From: Candidatus Jordarchaeia archaeon
GTDB lineage: Archaea > Asgardarchaeota > Jordiarchaeia > Jordiarchaeales > Jordiarchaeaceae
Direction of reading: 5' to 3'
Length of the DNA stretch: 17,786 bases
Assembly (NCBI GenBank): GCA_029856435.1
Contig: JAHQXB010000169.1
Coordinates: 1-17,786, forward strand
Part shown: one piece after another, positions 9,010 to 16,216 of the stretch
Position numbering within the stretch: the first letter of the stretch is position 1
Layout: each line of letters begins with the position of its first letter
Position numbers and translations under genes: made by a program
The notes under the pieces: generated by a model
What the model was told of the DNA's origin: nothing
Database searches by the model: none
The model's input: only the letters and a program-made list of their open reading frames with translations

Positions 9010-9465
9010 TCTTTTAAATCAACGGCTTCTCCTGCATTTACTCCTTAGGTGGGAATATGCTTAAGTTCAGCGTGAGGCTTCTTCCAGAAGCTCATTCTTC
9101 ACGTGACTAACCTGTTACCTGCTGATAGCACTTATCCCCTACGGAAGAAAAGCAACTTGATAGCTGATATGGGCGCCAAATTCAGAACATATCACAAGCA
9201 GGGAGTAACTCTCAAAAGGATGCAAAGCGGCCCCTTCATTTCAACTTCGTAGACGACCCGCAGTTACGGCTCAGAAGATTCCCCCGTTCAACCACCAAAA
9301 CCACCTTTTTGCTCTTCAAGAATAGCTGTTCTAAGCCCTAGCGGAAGAAGTAAGATTACACAAGCTGGAAGCTTTTGCAAAGGACGTATGACTGCAATTT
9401 TGAAGAGACTCTACCAACAGAAGCATCTGAAAGAAATAACCCTTACGGAAGCATGTAACACATGA
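9010..9465 (+). pseudogene. Heavily eroded DDE transposase relic (IS4/IS5-like, DDE_Tnp_1 type)
   Basis: Fragments in shifting frames: frameshifted (D)STGFS near 9017-9032; ADSTY...NLIADMGAK at 9121-9180 (aDxxY second-Asp motif); RSTTKTTFLLFK at 9285-9320, which has the exact R-x3-E-x6-K spacing with E replaced by K. Multiple stops; ends not defined. Confidence 0.5.
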
Positions 9466-9500
9466 ATTTTATCCCATTCACAACCATTAAATTGAATACT

Positions 9501-9508
9501 TTTATATT
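9501..9508 (+). promoter_or_regulatory. TATA box of the RNase P RNA gene
   Basis: TTTATATT centred about 26 nt upstream of the predicted 5' end (9531), the usual archaeal spacing. Confidence 0.6.
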
Positions 9509-9530
9509 CCCCATTGATACCCTTTATATT

Positions 9531-9927
9531 GGGTGATGAGCAGAAGGACGGCTGCCGGTGCCTCGCGGCGCTGAGGAAATCCATCCATCATGTGGGACTC
9601 GAGCACTGTAAAGTGCAGGCTGAGAAGCCTGGCAATGGAGCAGAAATCCTGCGAATTAAGGACTGCAAACGATACATCCATCTGAAGGATGACAATGATA
9701 CGGTCTTTGAACATAAAAATTAAAACACTGGAATATGTTCAAAAGCAAACCGCTGAGGATTCAGATGGAATTGTTGAAACGGCCATCCTCGAGGATGCAA
9801 GTCCAAATAGGCTACCCATGATTCCCACAAGAGGTAGCGGGTAGGACGCTAAGCTGAATGCCGTCAAGAGATTAAATGGTAACATTTATCTTTTAACAGA
9901 AGATGGATTACTCTCTGCACATCACCC
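9531..9927 (+). ncRNA. rnpB: RNase P RNA, archaeal type A
   Basis: Helices read directly. P1 GGGTGATG-A-GCAGA / TCTGC-A-CATCACCC; P2 GACGGC(9547-52)/GCCGTC(9860-65); P3 hairpin; P4 AATCCATC(9578-85)/GATGGATT(9902-09); P6 TGTGGGA(9591-97)/TCCCACA(9823-29); P7 CTCGAG/CTCGAG; P8 CACT-GTAA-AGTG; P9 CAGGCT-GAGA-AGCCTG; P12 TCCATCTGAA/TTCAGATGGA; P15 GTCC/GGAC with GGU in L15; P16 GCTACC/GGTAGC. Conserved motifs GAGGAAA, TTGAAACGG, GATGCAAG and AACAGAAG are present. Confidence 0.96.
9646..9668 (+). other. Candidate 23-nt BHB/BHL-type intron in RNase P RNA
   Basis: GCAG(9640-43)/CTGC(9663-66) 4-bp central helix, 3-nt AAA bulges 3' of it on both strands (9644-46, 9667-69), and an inner TCCT/AGGA stem. 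Excision restores GGAGCAGAAACGATAC. Confidence 0.7.
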
Positions 9928-10293
9928 CCAAACTCCATTGTCTCCTCATTTTGCTGTAAAAAGGATTTTATGGTTTGTCCAAGCGTTTTAGCATTTCAAC
10001 TTTTTAAGAAATAAGCCTAGTACATTTACAAATCTGGATTCTCACAAAAGTTTTCTCTAATACCTATATGATTGCATGGTTGTTTTCAACTCTTCACTTG
10101 CTATAAATGTTCAAGCAGAACCAATATGGAATGAGTTCTCCACAAACTCGCCAGAAAATATTTATGAATAGGTTGAAGGTAACTGTTCGGAGTAGTGTTT
10201 TATTCATTTTAATCAATGGTTATAAAATATCTTAGACGCCGCCCCGTTCTGTCGGTTCAACTTGCACTAGAACGTTTTGCGCCCAGTATTTGT

Positions 10294-10794
10294 TTAGAAA
10301 AGATACTGATTTTGAATTTTTATTATCTCTGTACTGTCTACTGCTCTAGAATATTTTTCTAGGAGTTCTTCATTAAGTCTAATGAAGTTCGGGCCCCATT
10401 TAAAGAGGCTAAGGATTTCTCTAGCTTCTTCTTTGTGATTAGTTATGTAAAGCGCAGCTGCAAAGGCCTCCGCACTACTTAATTTTGTTGGCTTACCATA
10501 GTTTATCGGGTTTGCTGCTACCAAATAGGGCAAAGCTCGTTTTACCCCCTTTATCCTATCAAAAACCCCTTCGATCAATTTCCACGAGCAGTCTATGACG
10601 GTGAGTCCCCCCTTAGTTATGTATTTATCATCTTGTGGTGATATTGCCTTTAAAGCGAAGGGATCGAGTATTAAACTACCTCTAGGTATCTCAGCCAAAC
10701 GGCTTATTAGCCTTACTTTATTAAATCTAGCTAATTTTAGACCAGTGCATAAATGTGGTGCGCATTGTTTAGCATTGTACAAATACAATTTCAT
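10294..10794 (-). CDS. tsr3: rRNA aminocarboxypropyltransferase Tsr3
   Basis: QCAPHLCTGLKL, LDPFALKAISPQD, GLTVIDCSW, RALPYLVAANPINYGKPTKLSSAEAFAAALYI, FKWGPNFIRLNEELLEKY. Confidence 0.96.
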   Translation of the reverse strand: MKLYLYNAKQCAPHLCTGLKLARFNKVRLISRLAEIPRGSLILDPFALKAISPQDDKYITKGGLTVIDCSWKLIEGVFDRIKGVKRALPYLVAANPINYGKPTKLSSAEAFAAALYITNHKEEAREILSLFKWGPNFIRLNEELLEKYSRAVDSTEIIKIQNQYLF

Positions 10795-11007
10795 TTTTTA
10801 CTCACTGGCTCATCGAAATTTTTAGATTTATTTTTAAAACAACTCGGCAATTTGAATTATTTTAAGCGAAATATACTTGTTTTTCTTGGAAAGAAATAAT
10901 AACCTATCATTGATTAACATTTTGGTTTAGTTGCTTTTGCATTAAATATAAGTACCTTAATGTAATAATAATTATTAACTGAAAATTACACGCGTGGTGA
11001 TGCTAAT

Positions 11008-11247
11008 TTGCCCATAGCTTTTGTTTTAATCAACACGGAACCCGCTAATGAGGAGAAGGTTCTTAAAGCAGTTTCTAAAATTGAGGGCATAGAGGAAGCA
11101 TATATCCTATATGGGGTATATGACATTCTAGCGAAAATTAAAACAGAATCGATGGAAAATTTGAAACAGACAATTATATGGCAGATTCGAAAAATCGAAG
11201 GGGTTGTTTCAACTCTCACACTTATTGTGGCTGAGGAAGGAGACTAA
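11008..11247 (+). CDS. Lrp/AsnC ligand-binding (RAM) domain protein without HTH (demi-FFRP)
   Basis: AFVLINTEP...V.EAYILYGVYDILAKI...IRKIEGVVSTLTLIV. TTG start after GGTGA. Confidence 0.9.
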   Translation: MPIAFVLINTEPANEEKVLKAVSKIEGIEEAYILYGVYDILAKIKTESMENLKQTIIWQIRKIEGVVSTLTLIVAEEGD

Positions 11248-11351
11248 AAACTGACATCGCTTTTTTCATTTATTTACATACGCCTGTCTAATGTAGGAAT
11301 AATCTTTTATCATTATTCTTTTTATTATTAAACTAATTTCTCAAATTCTAA

Positions 11352-11523
11352 GGGATCTCGTCTTAGGTATGTAGCTTCTCTTCTATGCGTAATCGTTTGA
11401 TCCTCTCCAAAAAAAATGAGGCTTTACAGGGCTTCCTTCCAAGTAAGCCTAAAAAAAGGAGTAAGACCAGCTAACCCTGCACACATACCATGTCAACAAA
11501 CTACATACTTACGACAAGGTCTC
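11352..11523. mobile_element. 172-bp MITE-like element, possibly IS256-derived
   Basis: 23-bp terminal inverted repeats (11352-11374 and 11501-11523, 18/23 identical) flanked by a perfect 9-bp direct repeat AAATTCTAA (11343-11351 and 11524-11532). No ORF inside. Confidence 0.7.
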
Positions 11524-11590
11524 AAATTCTAATAAAACTTTATTTACTCTTATTTACAAAACAATCTTTCATTATCATTTTTAATCGATG

Positions 11591-11603
11591 GAAAATTTAT
11601 AAA
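11591..11603 (+). promoter_or_regulatory. BRE/TATA promoter for the zinc-finger/tiaS unit
   Basis: GAAAA followed by TTTATAAA about 30 nt upstream of the ATG at 11634. Confidence 0.55.
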
Positions 11604-11633
11604 TTATAAGGCTATTTTATAGCAAGAGAAAAA

Positions 11634-11894
11634 ATGGACAATTCAAAAATGTGTGAAATTTGTGAAGAAGGTGTAGTAGTATCAGAGTGCTTTTTGTGTA
11701 AAAGGCGGATTTGTGCGAACTGCGTATCACAAGGTATTTGTGTTATCTGTGATGAAACCTTATGTACCAATTGCAGAAAACAGTTATCTGATAGGGCGTG
11801 TAATGTTTGCGGTTCATTAGTTTGCGAGGATTGCAGTGTTAAAATAAATGAAGAAATTACCTGTTTAAATTGTAATCCTAAGAGGCGTTTCTAG
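11634..11894 (+). CDS. Small Cys-rich multi-zinc-finger protein (8 CxxC pairs)
   Basis: CEIC, CFLC, CANC, CVIC, CTNC, CNVC, CEDC, CLNC in 86 aa. The stop abuts the tiaS start. Confidence 0.8.
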   Translation: MDNSKMCEICEEGVVVSECFLCKRRICANCVSQGICVICDETLCTNCRKQLSDRACNVCGSLVCEDCSVKINEEITCLNCNPKRRF

Positions 11895-13217
11895 GTGACT
11901 TTTCTTCACATAGGATTTGATGATACTGATTCTCCTTTAGGTGGTTGTACTACCTATTTATGCGCAAAAATAGTAGAGAAGCTTTCATCCTTAAATGTAA
12001 CCTTCATTGATTACCCGCTGCTAATACGCTTAAATCCTAATGTACCATTCCGTACTAGGGGAAATGCTGCATTGTGTTTAAGAATAAAAATCAAGAAGGA
12101 TTTGGAAGAAGCAGTTAAGCAGATTGTTCTTGAAGAAATAAAAAGAGGAGCGAATTTATCATTCAGAAATACTAATCCTGGTATAGCTTTTTATGAAGGA
12201 GAAAAAATACCTCCTGCATTGAAGAAACTCTCAATAAAGACTATGCAGGATATTGTAACGGTTAAGGAAGCTCTAAAAACTGCTAAAACCGTAGGAGCTG
12301 AAATCCACACCTTAAAAAATACAAGAGGCGTTATTGGTGCATTAGCCGCAATAGGTTCACTCCTTGAAAATGATCACACTTACGAAATCCTAACCTATAG
12401 AGTACCTGAAAATTACGGAAAACCACGGAAATTAGACTTTGCCTCTATTAAAAATATGAACTCAACAACTTCTCCAAACACCTTTTGTAATATTGACGAT
12501 GGACGTGTACTCATCACACCTCACGGCCCTGACCCCATACTTTATGGCATCAGAGGAGAAACTGCAGAAATCGTTTATGCGGCGCACAATATGGTCATCT
12601 CCCTTGAACCCATTGAAAGATGGGTAATTTTCAGGTCGAATCAGGGTACAGACATGCATTTGCGGCTCGTACAGAACATTTCCCAAGTCAGACCCTACTT
12701 CTCTGTAATATTGGATGGTGAGGTTTGCGGAAAACCAAAAACGATTCCTGGAGGCCACGTAATTGTGCAGATAAAGGACTCGACTGGAAAAATCGATTGT
12801 GCTGCCTATGAACCTACAGGGCCATTTAGAGAAGTAATAAAACACCTAATTCCCGGAGATCGAGTGCGTGTATATGGTGGTGTACGCCCCGCTTCCTCTC
12901 TTCATCCACTCACAATTAATTTGGAAAAAATTGAAATTCTCAAACTGGCGCCATTATTCATTAAATTTAATCCAAAATGTACCAAGTGCGGAAAGAGTAT
13001 GACCTCCATGGGCAAAAATAAAGGCTTCAAATGCAAGAAATGCGGATTAAAATCAAGTATTTTTGAAAAATCTACTTTAGAGGTTCCCAGACCCATTTCC
13101 GAAAAACTTTACTTACCTCCACCCCGAGCTCACCGTCACTTGACCCGCCCTAAAGAACGCATTGGCAAAGCATCAAAAAAACCAGAAACTATGTTTATAC
13201 CTTGGCACTATCCATGA
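11895..13217 (+). CDS. tiaS: tRNA(Ile2) agmatinylcytidine synthetase TiaS
   Basis: HIGFDDTDSPLGGCTTY, LIRLNPNVPFRTRGNAA, GRGVIGALAA-like TRGVIGALAA, PHGPDPILYGIRG, SNQGTD, OB fold with CAAYEPT, zinc ribbon CTKC...CKKC, and PPPRAHRHLTRP. Confidence 0.97.
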   Translation: MTFLHIGFDDTDSPLGGCTTYLCAKIVEKLSSLNVTFIDYPLLIRLNPNVPFRTRGNAALCLRIKIKKDLEEAVKQIVLEEIKRGANLSFRNTNPGIAFYEGEKIPPALKKLSIKTMQDIVTVKEALKTAKTVGAEIHTLKNTRGVIGALAAIGSLLENDHTYEILTYRVPENYGKPRKLDFASIKNMNSTTSPNTFCNIDDGRVLITPHGPDPILYGIRGETAEIVYAAHNMVISLEPIERWVIFRSNQGTDMHLRLVQNISQVRPYFSVILDGEVCGKPKTIPGGHVIVQIKDSTGKIDCAAYEPTGPFREVIKHLIPGDRVRVYGGVRPASSLHPLTINLEKIEILKLAPLFIKFNPKCTKCGKSMTSMGKNKGFKCKKCGLKSSIFEKSTLEVPRPISEKLYLPPPRAHRHLTRPKERIGKASKKPETMFIPWHYP

Positions 13218-13229
13218 AAACTTTTTTAT

Positions 13230-14162
13230 TCATAGTTCCTTTAGTTTTTGTTTAGCAGCAGCGACTAAAATCGGAAAGGCTACAGTGACATCTGCTATTA
13301 AATCCACGCTTTTTGCGTTACTTTTCAATTTGCCCCATGAACGTGCTTCATCCAAAGTTGCTCCGCTTAACCCCCCCGACTCTGGTCTGTCAAGAGTAAT
13401 TTGGATAGCATAATCAAATCCTTTACCCGTAATAAGCATAGTCTGCAGAATGTGATTTTTAGGGACACCGCCACCTAAAATTATGGCGCCACTTTTTTTA
13501 CTTTCATAAGCTAAGTTTATGATTTGATGCAGATCCTCAAGTATGTTTATTTTTAATGGATTCAATTGGGAAAAAAGCCATGCCTGGAGCCCAAGAATAG
13601 AATCAGTTATAGCCGGGCAAAATATCGGAACCCCCTTATCTGCGGCTACCTTAACAAAGGATTTCTTATCCTTCAGCCTCTTCCCAATTTCATTTATAAG
13701 TTCATATACTGCAATGCCCTCTCTCCTTTTTTCAACATCTATATCCCTAAAGATCTGTTGTATCTTATCTTCAAATTCCATGAATGCTCCGTCAGAAACA
13801 TATACATCATAAATTCGATTAATCCCTCGCCTTCTAAGATCAGTGTCGTCTCCTTCGATACCCTTTTGATGTTGCCCGCCAAAAGCCTCAATTAAGTCAT
13901 GAGTTATATTTGCTCCTGTACTAACAATAACATCTACAAAATCTTCCTGAATCAGGTCTGCAAATATCTGTCCCAACCCTGCGGGCACCAGAGCGCCTGC
14001 AAGCCCCAGGAATACCGTGGTGTCGGGGTCGCTCACCATTTCGACAAATATATCCAAAGCTCTAGCCAAGCGACCTGCACAAAAAACTCCTGCTGCGTCC
14101 ATCTCTTTAACAAGATCCAAGACACTCATATTTTCGTCTATTTTCATGCGTTCCACTTTCAC
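13230..14162 (-). CDS. dys: Deoxyhypusine synthase
   Basis: FLGLAGALVPAGL, STGANITHDL, INRIYDVYV, PAITDSILG, GGGVPKNH, and GGLSGATLDEARSWGK with the active-site Lys. Confidence 0.96.
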   Translation of the reverse strand: MKVERMKIDENMSVLDLVKEMDAAGVFCAGRLARALDIFVEMVSDPDTTVFLGLAGALVPAGLGQIFADLIQEDFVDVIVSTGANITHDLIEAFGGQHQKGIEGDDTDLRRRGINRIYDVYVSDGAFMEFEDKIQQIFRDIDVEKRREGIAVYELINEIGKRLKDKKSFVKVAADKGVPIFCPAITDSILGLQAWLFSQLNPLKINILEDLHQIINLAYESKKSGAIILGGGVPKNHILQTMLITGKGFDYAIQITLDRPESGGLSGATLDEARSWGKLKSNAKSVDLIADVTVAFPILVAAAKQKLKEL

Positions 14163-14277
14163 TTCATATACCCCAAATTAACTTGACTCCAACATCGCCA
14201 TTTTATTTTTTCTATAATGTACCTCAAATTTAATCCTAATAACTTCGATACGTAGTGACCAATTAAAGGATAAAATG

Positions 14278-15621
14278 TTAGGCTTGGTGCTCACTATGTT
14301 TTTCGTCCACTTTAATTACGTCTAACTGTAAACATTTTGCTTCTGTATTTAGTATGGAAGATACGCTTGGTTTTGTTCGTCCCTCGTCACCCGAAATTAA
14401 CTCTTTAATGTATAATCCTCCTTGGCCTTCAATAATTAACTCCAACCTATTTGAATCCAGTATTTTATAGTCTACCCTGTAAACCTTTTTTGCTCTAACT
14501 AGGTTTGCCCTACGATGTGTTACTCTCTTTGGGGTTTGTTGATGTATGATCTCTCCTGTAAGTTTAGTCTTTAATAGTTCTAGCTTTTCTAATGGTACTT
14601 GATCCTTTAGTTCTACCAATGCACAGTAGGTTTTGGTAGAGATTTGAGACATTGCCTTAATATTTCTAACTTCATCCTTATTTGAGAAACTGAGATCCAT
14701 CACCTTTACTTTTCCTTCAGAGTAGGTATTGATTATATTTTCCAACTCTTTTAGATCTATATTTCGCTTTTTGGGGTTTTTAATTTCTAAGACAAATCGA
14801 CGCCCGCTTCCCAACATTCTGGCGTCAATATCCTCTCTACCTGCTCCATGAAATTTTGATTCCTCCCCTCCCGTGATTTCAAGTACTGGTTTAGCAATTA
14901 TTTCTTCCACCGATTCTTGATACATTTTACCCGTGCCCCCGCATCTTTCACATCCTTTTCCACGACATTGCCGGCATGGCCATTTAGTTTGAGGGATGCC
15001 CCTCTTAAGTTTCAAGTATCTCCCCGAAATATGAAGAGGATTAACCTCAATTGATATTGAAAAGTCTTCTAAATCCAAAACTACTAGTATATCTGGCCTA
15101 TTAAACTCAGCCTTTTTACCAGTAATCACTGTCAACATTTTACCAATCTCGCGATTTATTTCCGCCTTTAAGGCCTCACCAGTACTAATTCCAAAAGTCG
15201 CTCTCAAAGCATCCTCCTTTTCAGAAATTCGAGGCGGAACCTTTGATCCTATAAGGAAGTTGTTAAACTCATACTTACCTAACTCTGAAGCAATTTTCCT
15301 TGTAATTTCCTCCTTTTTGGAAAAAATATTTTCACAAATTTCACATTTTCCCTCTATTCTAAGTTCCAAGCCTATTGATTGAAGAATGCCTAATGCGGGA
15401 GCAAAAAACCCGTTAATAGCTACAGTTCTTAATAAACTCTCCCCCCTAACTTTATCCTTCGCGAAAAATTCATGGCCCATTAGCGTTAGAACCGTCTTTA
15501 TCGAACGCCCTCTCTCTTCATTACTAAGTCCTGTTCCCAATAAAGCAAATTGTCTTCCCAAGCAGTTATCGCATAGCTTGTGCGCTTTTAAAATTTCCAT
15601 AGCCTGGTCAATCAGTCCCAT
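14278..15621 (-). CDS. pus10: tRNA pseudouridine(54/55) synthase Pus10
   Basis: N-terminal LCDNCLGRQFA extension, GRYLKLKRGIPQTKW, FHGAGREDIDARMLG (catalytic Asp), QQTPKRV.HRR, GGLYIKELISGDEGRTKPS. Start at ATG 15621 or 15630. Confidence 0.96.
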   Translation of the reverse strand: MGLIDQAMEILKAHKLCDNCLGRQFALLGTGLSNEERGRSIKTVLTLMGHEFFAKDKVRGESLLRTVAINGFFAPALGILQSIGLELRIEGKCEICENIFSKKEEITRKIASELGKYEFNNFLIGSKVPPRISEKEDALRATFGISTGEALKAEINREIGKMLTVITGKKAEFNRPDILVVLDLEDFSISIEVNPLHISGRYLKLKRGIPQTKWPCRQCRGKGCERCGGTGKMYQESVEEIIAKPVLEITGGEESKFHGAGREDIDARMLGSGRRFVLEIKNPKKRNIDLKELENIINTYSEGKVKVMDLSFSNKDEVRNIKAMSQISTKTYCALVELKDQVPLEKLELLKTKLTGEIIHQQTPKRVTHRRANLVRAKKVYRVDYKILDSNRLELIIEGQGGLYIKELISGDEGRTKPSVSSILNTEAKCLQLDVIKVDEKHSEHQA

Positions 15622-16216
15622 TGTTACCATTACTCCACAAATTGTCTAACCAGTTTTGTACCATGATAATGAAATTATCAACTGGACTATTACCACTAAA
15701 AAGTACTTCTGTATATCCTTGCTCAACTAGTTTATTCCTCATAAAATCAGGAAAAGGATATTCAAGCGGTACAATACAATTTATACTACCTTTAATAATT
15801 ATCTCTTCAATATTCCTTCCCTTTAAATTTGGGAAGATTACCTGTTCCGCATTGATATTTCTAAGCCTATCAACTAAATCAGCATCATCTTCAAAGATAT
15901 AAGCTCCTCGTTTCGATAAAACCTTTTTATTATTATCTAGTTCCTTTACTTCCCCCAGTACCTTCATTAACAGAAGAGAAGTAGATCTTATGTCTGGTCC
16001 TAAATATCTTAACTCACTGCCTACTAACTTGATAGTGTAAATTTCGTCTTTAACTATAATATATAGAACTGTATCTTTTCTGATTCCATTAGAAAGAAAG
16101 AAGGCAGCTCTTATACATGCTCCAAGCCTTGAAATAGTGTTATCAACAAATCCCAAATCAAGTTTTCTTTTGTTAATTGCAGAAATACTATTTAACACGA
16201 CGCTGAAAATTCTCAT
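15608..16216 (-). CDS. trmY: tRNA (pseudouridine54-N1)-methyltransferase TrmY, divergent
   Basis: CIRAAFFLSNGIRKD, GSELRYLGPDIRS and C-terminal IIMVQNWLD match TrmY/DUF358; the gene is adjacent to pus10. Start moved to ATG 16216 (ATGA overlap with the srp54 stop). Confidence 0.8.
   Translation of the reverse strand: MRIFSVVLNSISAINKRKLDLGFVDNTISRLGACIRAAFFLSNGIRKDTVLYIIVKDEIYTIKLVGSELRYLGPDIRSTSLLLMKVLGEVKELDNNKKVLSKRGAYIFEDDADLVDRLRNINAEQVIFPNLKGRNIEEIIIKGSINCIVPLEYPFPDFMRNKLVEQGYTEVLFSGNSPVDNFIIMVQNWLDNLWSNGNNGTD

Noticed and set aside
9240-9310. Minus-strand VVLVVERGNLLSRNCGS as a TnpB zinc-ribbon remnant
   Set aside because: The resemblance is weak. The plus strand gives a better, ordered match to DDE transposase motifs.
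9136-9451. Three copies of CCCYWRCGGAAG (9136, 9336, 9440) near the cdc6 genes as possible origin recognition boxes
   Set aside because: They do not match ORB consensus and fall inside the eroded transposase, where two correspond to similar P-x-R-K codons. The match was also found post hoc.
9502-9723. ORF-track entries 9502..9714 (-) and 9514..9723 (+)
   Set aside because: Both overlap the RNase P RNA gene, whose full secondary structure explains the sequence. Neither has recognisable protein motifs.
9701-9752. Possible second intron at the P12 tip (CUUU/AAAG helix with a CAA bulge)
   Set aside because: The would-be 5' bulge (GAA) is base-paired with UUC, so there is no second bulge or loop. 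P12 length is naturally variable and no conserved motif needs restoring.
10020-10200. Fragmentary reading frame resembling a signal peptide (VVFNSSLAINVQAEP...)
   Set aside because: Interrupted by stops, lacks a clear start and has no recognisable family, so it cannot be supported.
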